From positions 64,823,013-64,887,012 of the forward strand of contig NC_068984.1 of NCBI RefSeq assembly GCF_001194135.2: DNA of 64,000 nt. Direction: 5' to 3'. Below the pieces are notes generated by a model. It saw only the letters and a list, made by a program, of their open reading frames with translations. It was not told the DNA's origin and ran no database searches. Source of the stretch: Octopus bimaculoides. Its lineage: Eukaryota. Made by a program: the position numbers and the translations under genes. This document shows, one piece after another, positions 51,691-64,000 of this stretch (positions are counted from its first letter, which is position 1; the number at the start of each line of letters is the position of its first letter).

Positions 51691-54232
51691 GTGCCACCCA
51701 CATCGTGACGTATATTTGCCACCTAAATGTGGCTAACCCTTAAGGGTTAATGCTACTGTAGCTTGTAGCCCCAGGAAGACATCTCCCCCAGTTGGCTATC
51801 AACACACTATCTGTGCCCGATCAGTATTTGGAAAGGCAAGTCATCCTTCGCATCTCCAGCCTGATGTGATACACACAGACCCGAGTTTCTGGGTATTGAC
51901 CCATCATCAGCATGTGACAATCACCGGTTGGCGATGGGAAGTGGTTCTCAATGCAAATATATATACTTTTTCCAGTGATGAAAAGTCACTGATCTGAAAG
52001 GGAGAGAGAGAGAGAGAGTGAGTTCTGTTGTTAATCTAGCACTCAAGATTTGTATATANNNNNNNNNNNNNNNNNNNNNNNNNNNNNNNNNNNNNNNNNN
52101 NNNNNNNNNNNNNNNNNNNNNNNNNNNNNNNNNNNNNNNNNNNNNNNNNNNNNNNNNNNNNNNNNNNNNNNNNNNNNNNNNNNNNNNNNNNNNNNNNNNN
52201 NNNNNNNNNNNNNNNNNNNNNNNNNNNNNNNNNNNNNNNNNNNNNNNNNNNNNNNNNNNNNNNNNNNNNNNNNNNNNNNNNNNNNNNNNNNNNNNNNNNN
52301 NNNNNNNNNNNNNNNNNNNNNNNNNNNNNNNNNNNNNNNNNNNNNNNNNNNNNNNNNNNNNNNNNNNNNNNNNNNNNNNNNNNNNNNNNNNNNNNNNNNN
52401 NNNNNNNNNNNNNNNNNNNNNNNNNNNNNNNNNNNNNNNNNNNNNNNNNNNNNNNNNNNNNNNNNNNNNNNNNNNNNNNNNNNNNNNNNNNNNNNNNNNN
52501 NNNNNNNNNNNNNNNNNNNNNNNNNNNNNNNNNNNNNNNNNNNNNNNNNNNNNNNNNNNNNNNNNNNNNNNNNNNNNNNNNNNNNNNNNNNNNNNNNNNN
52601 NNNNNNNNNNNNNNNNNNNNNNNNNNNNNNNNNNNNNNNNNNNNNNNNNNNNNNNNNNNNNNNNNNNNNNNNNNNNNNNNNNNNNNNNNNNNNNNNNNNN
52701 NNNNNNNNNNNNNNNNNNNNNNNNNNNNNNNNNNNNNNNNNNNNNNNNNNNNNNNNNNNNNNNNNNNNNNNNNNNNNNNNNNNNNNNNNNNNNNNNNNNN
52801 NNNNNNNNNNNNNNNNNNNNNNNNNNNNNNNNNNNNNNNNNNNNNNNNNNNNNNNNNNNNNNNNNNNNNNNNNNNNNNNNNNNNNNNNNNNNNNNNNNNN
52901 NNNNNNNNNNNNNNNNNNNNNNNNNNNNNNNNNNNNNNNNNNNNNNNNNNNNNNNNNNNNNNNNNNNATATACTCTACACAATGTATTGAGTACTCCGTT
53001 TTTTGACCATTTGCAATTCAAAATGCATATGTCATGTATTCATATACGTGTGGAGAGAAGAAAATGATGAGTAGGTTTGTGTACATATATTCATTTTTAT
53101 ATTCTGATTATATAACTTCTGAAATATATTCATTTATTTTAAACTCTGAGTAAAGAAAGAATTTGTTTTGTTAAGCATTATAGTAGGTTGCAATATAAAC
53201 CATGTGTTAGAGTCCAAGTGAAGATGCATAACAAAAAAAAAAAATGATCAAATGTAGTCTTTATGGGTGAATTAGAAAAATGAGACTTTTAAAACTGTTA
53301 ACTAAATAAGTGATCAAACGCATACTACATTTAAAAGGTGCTATTAAATAGATGCAAGAGTTGAGATTTTCAAAGGCTTTTACTTATGTGATACATTTTA
53401 ACTTGTAAATTATATTAGAATGTATTGAAATTTTCACTCAAAAGTTTTGTTCCAGTCTTATTTTTTATTTATTTTTTTTCACACTAAATAGTCATGTCTA
53501 AATGTATATTTCATACATAAAAAGTATATCCAGCCATATATGCGTATGTATATATAAATATATACATACATATATACATANNNNNNNNNNNNNNNNNNNN
53601 NNNNNNNNNNNNNNNNNNNNNNNNNNNNNNNNNNNNNNNNNNNNNNNNNNNNNNNNNNNNNNNNNNNNNNNNNNNNNNNNNNNNNNNNNNNNNNNNNNNN
53701 NNNNNNNNNNNNNNNNNNNNNNNNNNNNNNNNNNNNNNNNNNNNNNNNNNNNNNNNNNNNNNNNNNNNNNNNNNNNNNNNNNNNNNNNNNNNNNNNNATA
53801 TATATATATATACACATATATGTACATACAAACAGAGAAAAAATGCATTGATGATTGAAACATTTAGCTTTATTAATGCTTTCAGTAATTCTGGAGTGAT
53901 ACAAACATTACTAAATACCAAACTTTCTTTATTTGCCTTCCAATGTGTACTGAGTTCAAATTACACTAAGATCAAAGTTGGCTTTTATCCTTCCATGGTG
54001 ATTAATATAGTACTAGTATTCAATTTGATAGATTACAACCCTCTCCTGTAAATTTGTGACCTTGTGCTTATGAAACAAAAATCAATACACTGAAGTACAT
54101 TTTTTTATACATTTGATTTAATTTTAATTTTGCATGTTCGGGTCAAAATATGATTTCATTTTTTGGAACATAAAGACACGACACCTTAAAACCATTCTAG
54201 GAAATTAGTTGATTTCTTTAATTTTATTACAG

Positions 54233-54245
54233 ATCCAATTTGAAA
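54233..54245 (+). CDS. Candidate 13-nt microexon (IQFE or SNLK)
   Basis: gatttctttaattttattacag|ATCCAATTTGAAA|gtatgt. Confidence 0.3.
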
Positions 54246-55260
54246 GTATGTATATCTTCATACTAATTATAACAAGGCAAGATATCCTACACAACCAGCC
54301 AAAATCAATCATAGAAAGCAACAAAGCTCATAAAAAATAGAGTTTTTGTTGTTGGATGTTGTCTAGAATTTAGTTAACCCAGAATGAGCAGAATTATGAT
54401 GAAATATATTCAAACCATGACCATCGCATTCTTTCAAATATTTAAGACTACACTGTCTAATGGGTCTTATCTATTTTTAACATGGAAATATGATTTTGGA
54501 GAGATATATTGGCTGTCTAACATGTCAAATGACCACACAGAGACTCTTGTGGTTAAGTTCACTTCTCAACCATAAGAGCCTAAGTTTAACTCTACTGTAT
54601 GGAAACTTGAGGAAACGTCATTTTCAATAGCTGTACCTATATTGGTGAGTGAAATTGAAAGCGAAAGAGAAACAACTAACTCCACAGCTGACAAAACAAT
54701 GATATGTATCACCACATTAACCAATTACATTATAGAAATCATCACCTGCCTATTGAAATGTAGTTGTTTACATGTAACTAGAGAAGGTTTTCCAAAATCT
54801 CACTCAAAAAGACTCTTCAAATACAAAAGCATGACTGTAAAACAGCGAAACAAAAATGGTTGTTTGCTTTTATTGCATGTGTGTGGATAGGTAATTAAGA
54901 AATTTGTTTTGCACTCATGTAGTCCTGCATTTAATCCCACTGCATGGAAACTTAGGCAAGTGTCTTCTACAGTAGCTTCAGGGTTGTCCCAGAGTTTGTG
55001 AGAAACATTCAGAAAATGGAAACCCTGTGGATGACTAACCAAAAGGATTGCCCCTGAAATGTAAACAGTTACACTTGTTACATATAGTCTTAGTTTGATT
55101 CTGGTTTCTGACTATGTTAAAGGTATAAATATCTGTGGAATACTCAGCCAGTTACACAATTTTATGATGAGCAGATAATCTGTTTGTGAATGAGTGTGGG
55201 TGTGAGCATGCACTCTTGCATATGCATATATATGATAATGATAATTAATAAAGGGTGAGT

Positions 55261-55299
<39 letters not shown>

Positions 55300-55587
55300 A
55301 TGTATATTTTCTGTAGCTATATTGTTTCTCTCACTAGTATTCCACCTTATTTTTATGTCATTGTCCTTCACTTTCAGTCCTTATTTGCCTCTCTCCCCAG
55401 GGATATTTCTTATACCACCAGCCAACCAGATCAGTAGTACCAAGGGATTTAAAGTCTTTGAAGTTCACATATGCTGAATCTGAACTCCATGTCTGATGAA
55501 TGGATTTTTATGTTTATTTGTCCTTTCTTCTGTTCTGTGAATTGTTTTCCATTTTCAATTTCAATTTTTCGCACGTACATAATAATT

Positions 55588-55830
55588 TCTGTTTTCCATG
55601 TGCCATGGATTGGTCAGTTTGACAGTAGCTCACAAGCTAGAAGACTACATCAAGCTCTACTGCTTGCTTTGGCATGATTTCTACAGCTGGATGACCTTCC
55701 TAATGCTAACCACTTTACAGAGTGCACTGGGTACTTTTACATAATACCAGTACCAGTGAGGCCACCAAATAACTTACATGACAAGACCCCTCAGCTGAGA
55801 GAGGTGGATAGTACTGCATTGTGCCAGGTG
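55588..55830 (-). mobile_element. SINE family 3
   Basis: ctgttttccatg...tttctacagctggatgaccttcctaatgctaaccactttacagagtgcactgggtacttt. Confidence 0.8.
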
Positions 55831-56739
55831 ATATACATACACGTATACAAACATACGTATCTATTCATACATGTATGTATGTATGTATGTCATTCAGTTT
55901 TATTTCAAGATTTCTTGCCAATAGAGAAAGAGTCGGTTTCTAACCTAGATCCAAGGTTCCTTTCTTGGAATTTAAACAACATCAACAGGGTATGTATGTA
56001 TGTATGCAGATTTGTATGCTATGTTTTATATAAGTCTTCTCATGCGTATAATTGCATATCTAGACAAGCTCATATATACTAAAATGACAAACTACTGCAA
56101 AATTTTACAGATTTTTACAGTTCCAGTGATGGCTTGAATCTGTCTGTCAGTATGTATGTATGTATGTATGTATGTATATGAAAAAAGAAAGAGAACCTGT
56201 AATTTAAAGGGGCAAGTTTGTCACACTTAACATTGCGATGATTCTGCCTGAGGACCAAGATAAGGGTAAAGTGTATGTGCTACACACCATTTACCATTTA
56301 CATTATAATTCAATGAGTAAGTAGTTTTGTAGATTGAACAAATAGAATACTCATCAGCAAAACTGCCAGAGGTTGCATTTTTTATTGTATGCACGAAGAC
56401 TATGTTTTAAAAGAAGAATATAACTCATTATCAACACTACTCTCCCAAGTCTGAATTGTAGTTTTTTGAAAGTGATTTAATCTCTACATTATTTGTAATG
56501 CCAACTACTTTTGATTCAATTTTAAAAGAATGAACAGACAGAAATATTGCTTTTAAACTTGTATTTTCACTAAAAGATTCTTCTAAATCAAGCAAAGATA
56601 GATGATTGAATTAAGGCTGGATATTCTTTGACCTATTATTATGTCCAAAATACACACAATCACATGTATCAGTCTATGTGTGCATATGTGTTTGTGTGTG
56701 TGTGTGTGTGTGCATATATGTAAATATATACATACATAG

Positions 56740-56829
56740 AGAGGGAGAGAGAGGGAGAGAGAGGAAGAGAGAGAGGAAGAGAGAGAGGAAGAGGGAGAGG
56801 GAGAGAGAGGAAGAGAGAGAGAGAGAGGA

Positions 56830-56876
<47 letters not shown>

Positions 56877-56897
56877 AAGAGAGAGAGAGAAAGAGAG
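56740..56897 (+). repeat. (GA)n microsatellite with GGAAGA variants
   Basis: Directly visible. Generates the ER and SL repeat ORFs. Confidence 0.95.
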
Positions 56898-57928
56898 ANN
56901 NNNNNNNNNNNNNNNNNNNNNNNNNNNNNNNNNNNNNNNNNNNNNNNNNNNNNNNNNNNNNNNNNNNNNNNNNNNNNNNNNNNNNNNNNNNNNNNNNGGG
57001 GTGGGGTGGGGGGATGAGTGAGCATGCATGCATGTGTGTATCAGTGGAGCCCAATGCTGAACTGCTAATTTGGTTGACTAGAAAATGATGGAAATCAAAA
57101 CTGACCTTGGCAGGATTTGAACTTACAGTGCAATGCATTGCAATGGATACCATGAGGCAACTGTTGCCTAAGACACATACACACACATATATATATATTC
57201 ACACACTATTGCCTTGAAGTATATGTATGTGTATATACTTTTGCAGTCTAATGCATGTGAGTGAGAGGGTTTATGCACGTGCATAAAGACAGACATAAAT
57301 TTTCAGTGTATGCAAATTATGGGGAGGTGGGGAAAGAAAGAAAGAGAAAGAGGTCATAACATTGGCTTTGAATTCAAGACAGAAGAGGTATTTGTATTGT
57401 AATTAGCATCATATATCAGTTTGAATGACTGACATGTTTTCATGTTGTCTTGGAATCTTGGTGCCACTCCAAACAAATTAATAGCTCAGCATATTATTTT
57501 GTATGTGTTTGGTGAAAGCCGATTTAGGCTGATTTGAATTTCTACTTTAGGAAAATGAAGATATGATTTTAAATTACAAGCTGCTTTAGTGGTAGCAAAG
57601 ACAGTACCTGCTGCCATATTCTGGCAAAAATAATGCCTTTCTTTTGTTGAAGTGTCAGCTTGAAAATGGCAGAATGTTGAAGAAGGATTCATTACAAGTA
57701 ATGTCTCTTAAGAAACACTCCTTTATACAACTCTATTAAAACTTGTCTATTCTTTAATCTATAGAACAATAATACAATTCTCAAAGGGTAAAGAAATAAT
57801 TAATTAGATTCTAGCAGAGAATTTTCGAAAAATCATTATTCAAGTTTCAAGGCATTTATGTCAGAGAATGGTTTCTTTAAAACAGTTGTTGATTGAGTCT
57901 GAAGTATCAGATCGAAGATGTGTGCACA

Positions 57929-57970
<42 letters not shown>

Positions 57971-58045
57971 TTGTTGTAAAAATATATCTGAATGCTCAAT
58001 ATATTCTGAATAAATCTTTCTACATATTGGAACAAAAATTTTGAA

Positions 58046-58071
58046 ATAATAATAACAACAACAACAACAAC

Positions 58072-58124
<53 letters not shown>

Positions 58125-58178
58125 CAGTAGCAGAAGCAGCAGTACCAGTAGTAGTAGTTGTAGTAGTAGTAGTAGTAA
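58046..58178 (+). repeat. Compound microsatellite (AAT)-(AAC)-(AGT)n
   Basis: Directly visible. Confidence 0.95.
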
Positions 58179-59329
58179 GAATAAAGAAGGGGGACAAAGA
58201 GAAAAGAAGTGTTATACAAAGAATGTAAAGCTGATGACAAATAAGAATAGAAATGTAGTAGTGGTAGTAGTAATAGCTGTTGCAGTTCCTTAGAGAAGTT
58301 AGTAAATACTACCATTTCCCAACAGATAGTTACTTTAATTTTTGTCAATTCTTGTGCAAACAAAACTCTATTGAATATTGCTTCCTGCTTCAACCAAAAG
58401 AAATATGTATCATGTTGGAAAAATATCCTAGCGTTCTTATGCGACCATCAAACACATACACATTATACAGACATATTTATAAGCATATACACTCACTCAT
58501 AGATTTCTTTTCTTTTCTCAAACCTTTGTTCTGGCTCACGTGGAGAAAATAGAAGAAAACATATCAGTTACCTGTTACAAAAGAGACACTAAAAAGATAT
58601 AACATCTCATATGACCCATGAATCTTTGTCCAGCATCTTTCAATATTGATGTTGAAAGAAATAATTCCGGACAGTCAGGTTATAAAGCAAATTTCTTTTC
58701 TGAAGACCTCCTCAAATATTGATAGATCAATCCTTACTGCCAGCATGCTGATAACTATACAAGATCTTCCTTGATAAGGAAGGAAGTGTCTGTTATAGAT
58801 ATTTTCATGAAAAGCATTGAAAAAAGAAATAAAGATGAAGATATTTACTAAAAATAAAAAATAAAAATTATATTACTAGACTTAAGACTGTCATCTAAAA
58901 ATGTACCACACTTAGTTGTCTGTAACTTTATACAAAACTGTCAAGAATTTTTAAGAGTATTAAGAACTACTTTATATTTTTACATTCTAATATGCAACAA
59001 TAATGTAAAAGAACACACATACACACACACACATGCTCACACATACAAGGCAGTACAGTCATATTTTATTTAATGTGCTATATTGGATTTTCTTCCAATG
59101 ATTTTTCTCTCCACTAGTGACTTATATTGCAGCATCCAAACATTTATAATTATTTGTAATATTTGTTGAGAACCATTTATGAATTGCACTCAATTAATAT
59201 GAATTAAGACATATGCACTCTGTGAATTCATATGTCTTATTGCCTACACACACATTTTCTTCTTTGACTGACTGACTAATTGAAATTTATTTCATCACAG
59301 AGTGCCAGGAATCACTGTATCTCATTGGC

Positions 59330-59910
59330 TTTGGTAGGTCCTCATTTTCATAACATCAATGTAACTAAGATGAAGACCTTAAATACAACATCACATTTGG
59401 TCCGGTATTCAACACATCAACAGTATTCAGCATAGCTGACTGCTTAGAGCAGCGATAACAGAAATGTCTGACATGTGTCCATAAACCTTCTCATTGGTCT
59501 TTTGATCACAACATAAGATGTTTTGATCACTGGATAACTCTTTAGTCTGTATCTTGTGCCAAGGCCTAAGGTTAGGAAACTGTAGATATTAACAATAGAC
59601 TTAACTTCTAAACTGACACTAATCTCAAGTCTGAGCAGACCCAAATAAGTAGCACCTGCAAGAGATGCAGAGAAAAACTACCTATATCTTTGTACTAACA
59701 TAGTGTTCAAGAATTGACAGTAACCAGCAGCAAGTGTAATACTGACTGTTGCCTTGCAGGCGGAGTCTGGAAGTCTAAAGTCTTTGAGATAACACCCAAA
59801 TCAAAATTCAAAATGCTGCTATTGCTTTACAGATTAGATTATGGACATCAATGCCAAGAAACCAGTCTTAACAGAAAATGGTTTCTGAAGTTGTAGTCTC
59901 AGTCTACTAG
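59330..59910 (+). mobile_element. Very decayed RTE-like RT fragment
   Basis: Segments such as TQIKIQNAAIA..RLWTS resemble the RTE motif EIN.RI.KA..AF.RL..R.W. Many stops and frameshifts. Confidence 0.35.
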
Positions 59911-59949
59911 TAAATTGAAAAGATGTATTTTTATGCATGCAAGTGTATG

Positions 59950-60011
<62 letters not shown>

Positions 60012-60074
60012 CACACACACACATCAAATTAAAATATACAACAGTTTGCAATGTTTGACCAAAAAGGGAAACTA

Positions 60075-60414
60075 TAATTGTCACTAAATGTGACTAGGTG
60101 TTAGAAACACCTACATTGCTAGAAATAAGAGCTAAAATGATCTAATGCTGTAGTCAGAGCACATAATAGTATGCATATATACAGACATTTGAGAATGCTT
60201 GATACTGAATTCAGTTTTGGCAATTTAGTTTCTGTTGCCTCATCAATAAGTACTGACTCTACTTCAGCAGATTTCAGACTCACTTAATCTGTCTGTATAT
60301 ATGTTTTCATCGTAGATGAATTAGCGAATTGCTAATGTGTATACATAAAATTTAAGCTCTTAATTCTAGCAATGTAGGAGTTACTTACACCCTAGTCACA
60401 TTTAGTGATAATTA
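60075..60414. mobile_element. MITE with ~70-bp terminal inverted repeats
   Basis: TAATTGTCACTAAATGTGACTAGG...CCTACATTGCTAGAAATAAGAGC at the left end versus GCTCTTAATTCTAGCAATGTAGG...CCTAGTCACATTTAGTGATAATTA at the right end. TA-compatible ends. Confidence 0.8.
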
Positions 60415-61145
60415 CACACACACAAAAAGATAGATATAAACACTTAACTACATATATATTTTTATAAATTTATATATAGTGGTTCTCTCAAGCCCATATT
60501 GTTTCCATTGAATTGCCAACTACCTTACAGGGTGTACTAGGTGCATTTTATCATGGTACCAGCAATAAAGCTTATGCTGTATCCTACATGTGAGTATGTG
60601 TATTTACATAACATCTATATGTTCTTGATATAATAGGTTCAATATATATTAATAGTTTGTGCACCTGAATTTGCATAGCTTTTAAAGCTCTTTGGGAAAA
60701 TCAAGTGAAATATATCTACTACATATATTAAGCAAAGAAAGGATGGTTCTCAAAAAATTAACATGATCCCATGTGTTGTTGTAACATTAAGACTAACAAA
60801 AGTGAAGAGAAGGTTCATTAATTTCAAATACCTAAATATTAAACAAAAATGTAGTTTTTGCAATGCATGTAATTTGATAATTTTCAATAAGCTGAGTAAT
60901 ATATATATATATATAAAAAAGATGAGTGTTTATAAGTGTTTAACTGGGAGAATCTAAACAATGAAATAAAACTCAGAAACAACCTAGAAAAGATGAAAAA
61001 TAAAGTTGGAAACTGATAAATTTAGAATTCAAAACATTCAAGTTGCTGCTTGTAATTCTTTTAGCTTTGCAACTAGCACCCAGTTCAGAAATATAAATAT
61101 ATAAAATTCAAAACTTGCATAAAATCTATTGTTATCTCAATGCAG

Positions 61146-61181
61146 GGTAACATCAATATCATAGGAAAGAAATTCATTGGG
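61146..61181 (+). CDS. Candidate 36-nt exon GNINIIGKKFIG
   Basis: About 55 nt AG-free, then tatctcaatgcag|GGTAAC...ATTGGG|gtatgc. Only phase 0 is open. Confidence 0.25.
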
Positions 61182-61980
61182 GTATGCTCTTATTTGCAAT
61201 ACCAGCATCAGGTTGTCATTGTGGACATCTAAAAATTTAACCAATTAGAAAGTATCTAGTATTGCAATCAAATGATCCTGAGAAAACAATAAAAATAATC
61301 TGAACAGAACTAAGTACACTGAATGTTAAAATGGCTTTAGGCACATCTTTTAATTAGCAACAACATTAATACTGTGGAAAAATATTTATTATACAGAGAT
61401 GTATTCCTGAATCATGATTCTAAGATATATACATACAAACACACTCATATAGGTGTACATGTGTTTGTGTATGTGTATACTAGTGTATATGTATATGTAC
61501 ATGCCTATGCATGTATGTATGTATGTATGTATGTATGTATGTATGTATGTATGCATGCACGTATGTACATATGTAATAATTCTCATTATGATTCAGCAGT
61601 GATTTATTTATTATACATTTATTCCATCAGCTGGTTAAGTTTACTTAAAAATATCTATAATTTGGGAGATATAATGCGAATTTATCTAACATCACATAAA
61701 GGATGTTTATATTGCTACATACACACACACCCTCACATATGATCACATGCACACACTTACACATGCATATATCTCTCTTTATGTAGACAGACAGATATAG
61801 TGAGAAAGAGAGTGAGAGACAGAAAGAAAGACAAATAAATATACATACATATGCTTGTATAAATACACTAACACAAATGCATATACTCATATGCTGAAGT
61901 AAGATATACATCAAAATACTGAAATGAAGTGCAGAAAGAAATGATACACTTGTGTATTATTATCATCATCATCATCATCA

Positions 61981-62030
<50 letters not shown>

Positions 62031-62253
62031 TTCCAACCCACAGCCAAACCTCTTCCAATGCCTCTTAATATCAACAAGATGAAATCAATACAAAACAGCT
62101 AATGAAATATGAAGCACATCTGACTAATTTATCTTCTGATAATATCTTATCTGCTTTGCAAGAAACTCAACAGAACAATGCAACTATACTACAAATTAAA
62201 GAAAAAAAAAAAAAAACAGAATAGAAAACTACAACAGAAATGATATGAGAAAT

Positions 62254-62291
<38 letters not shown>

Positions 62292-62474
62292 AAATAAAAA
62301 AAACAAGTAAACAAAAAATAAATAAGAAAATAACAAAATGAATAAAAATGAAAATATAGACAAATAAATATAAGAATAAATAAATTATACAACACAATGT
62401 ATGAATAAACGAAGAATTAAGAAAGAAAAAAAGTTGTAAATATAAGTGGCAGAGAAAAAAATTATGAAATAAAA

Positions 62475-62505
<31 letters not shown>

Positions 62506-63157
62506 TAAACAAAAACGTGAAAAATCAAGAGAAATGAATCCTTTAAAGATTGCGAAGATGGTATTACAGAATTATTAGCCAGACTTAGAGCTGATCATTT
62601 AGAAATTAGTAAATGATCAAAGAGTGAATGAGAGTATGATAAAGAAAAGTAGCATAGTTGTAGTAATCTATAAAAATGTGTCTGATAGACCTGTTATGTA
62701 TTTCGCACACTACTGGTCACTGCACTCAGTTATTTCTGCGAAAGCAGTACAAAGCTTAACAGAGATGTCTTTTAGGATATCATGCATAGTACATAAGTGT
62801 GTAATTATAACTACACAGATGTGTGTGTGTGTGTGTGAGTTTGCAAATGGGTGAGAAAAAATGATTAGGAAGTAAGAGAAAGAGAGAACATGGTTAAACA
62901 GTGTATGAGTATTGGACATCAAGAATCCTGTCAGCCACTATAGATTTTTGATTTTCATGTGTTTTTGCACAGTGAATACACACAATCAGATGGAAATAAG
63001 ATTGATCAGTGATTAGCAGAATTGATCTGTAGTAATTTGTTCCACTGACAAAAATTTTACAATTTTTATAAATACATCACAAAAATAATGAATCAGTAAA
63101 AATGGTTGGTTGGTTGCTGTTACTATTATTATTATTATTATTATTATTATCATCATC

Positions 63158-63252
63158 AAGGCAGAATTGTTAGCACACTGCACAAAATATTTTGTGGAAT
63201 TTCATCCATCTGCATGATCTGAGTTCCAATTCTGCCAAGATTGACTTCGCCT
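63158..63252 (+). mobile_element. SINE family 1 5' head, truncated, abutting LINE
   Basis: aaggcagaattgttagcacactgcacaaaat...ctgagttccaattctgccaagattgacttcgcct. Confidence 0.7.
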
Positions 63253-63926
63253 GTAGCAAACAAGCTGATGTAGACCAGAATCACACTTATCAGTGGCTAC
63301 GGAGCTCAGGGCTAAAGGAAGGGAGTAAAGGCTTTATATTGGCTGCTCAAAATCAGAGCTTATGGATCCAGAACTATCAAGCCAACATGATGAAAAATGA
63401 TGTAGACCCAAAGTGCCAGTACTACAATGATAGAATTGAAACAGTGGACCACCTAATTTCTGGATGTAAGGTTTTAGCACTTGTAGAGTACAAATCAAGT
63501 CATGACAGAGTTGGCCAATATCTACATTGGATAATGTGTCAGCATTATGAAATCAAAACTGCTGACAAATAGTACAAGCACCACCCTGAGGCTGTAACTG
63601 AGGGAGAAAATGTACAGACCAGACCATGAAAGCACATAAATCGGATACTATTGTGAAAGACCAAAACTATAAAGTCTGTTTATTGATTGACATGAGCATA
63701 CCCTGTAACCGTAATATCTCAGCAAAAGAATTTGATAAACACATTGAAATTGAAAAGATGTGACATCTCAAGAGAGTTACAATACCAGTGATTGTAGGAG
63801 CACTTGGAATGATCAAAAAAGAAACTGAAAATAATTTAAGATCCAGGTTTACCATCCATGCAGGAAGAGCAAAAGATTGTCTTAACAGGTATGTCACACA
63901 TTCTGAGAAGAGCATTGTCGCTGTGA
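63253..63926 (+). mobile_element. R4/Dong-like (R2-group, restriction-like endonuclease) non-LTR retrotransposon, 3' fragment, pseudogenised
   Basis: QWLRSSGLKEGSKGFILAAQNQSL...DPKCQYYNDRIETVDHLISGC...HDRVGQYLHW (CCHC-knuckle region), then K.D.IVKDQNYKVCLLIDMSIPCNRNISAKEF...IPVIVGALGMIKK...QKIVLTGMSHILRRALSL* (PD..D-type endonuclease C-terminus). Stops and deletions present. Confidence 0.9.
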
Positions 63927-64000
63927 ATTTTCTTTCCTTTTTCCCATTTATTTTCTTTGTTTACTTTTATTAATTTTTCCTTTTCCTCTCTGTCTTTCCC

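Noticed and set aside
51948-53067. Longest ORFs in the track (318-357 aa), also those at 1248-1794 and 46622-47384
   Set aside because: They consist almost entirely of X from assembly gaps.

Overview
AT-rich, microsatellite-dense animal genomic DNA with 11 assembly gaps, most of them at (AT)n runs. The repeat families resemble those I recall from octopus (coleoid cephalopod) genomes; this is an inference from memory, not a database result. No long host-gene CDS is present. Nearly all ORF-track entries are translated microsatellites, N-runs or SINE sequence. The only clearly recognisable protein-coding sequences are decayed non-LTR retrotransposons: an R4/Dong-like restriction-like-endonuclease 3' end at 63.25-63.93 kb and RTE-clade fragments at 22.05-22.56, about 15.8 and about 59.3 kb. 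The rest is at least four SINE families, piggyBac-type and other MITEs, a 1.3-kb foldback element and a Helitron-like 3' end. Splice-signal reading suggests these are introns of one or two genes, which I could not identify. A CpG-retaining, promoter-like domain lies at about 17.8-21 kb. Candidate minus-strand exons lie to its left (66 nt at 13293-13358, 45 nt at 6621-6665). A plus-strand series of very small candidate exons lies to its right (9, 37, 20, 13 and 36 nt), together with an internal two-exon start encoding a 42-aa hydrophobic N-terminus (42936-43061). That start is bracketed by nested inverted SINE pairs. I found no novel system that I can support with confidence; the microexon and alternative membrane-anchor architecture is the best lead.
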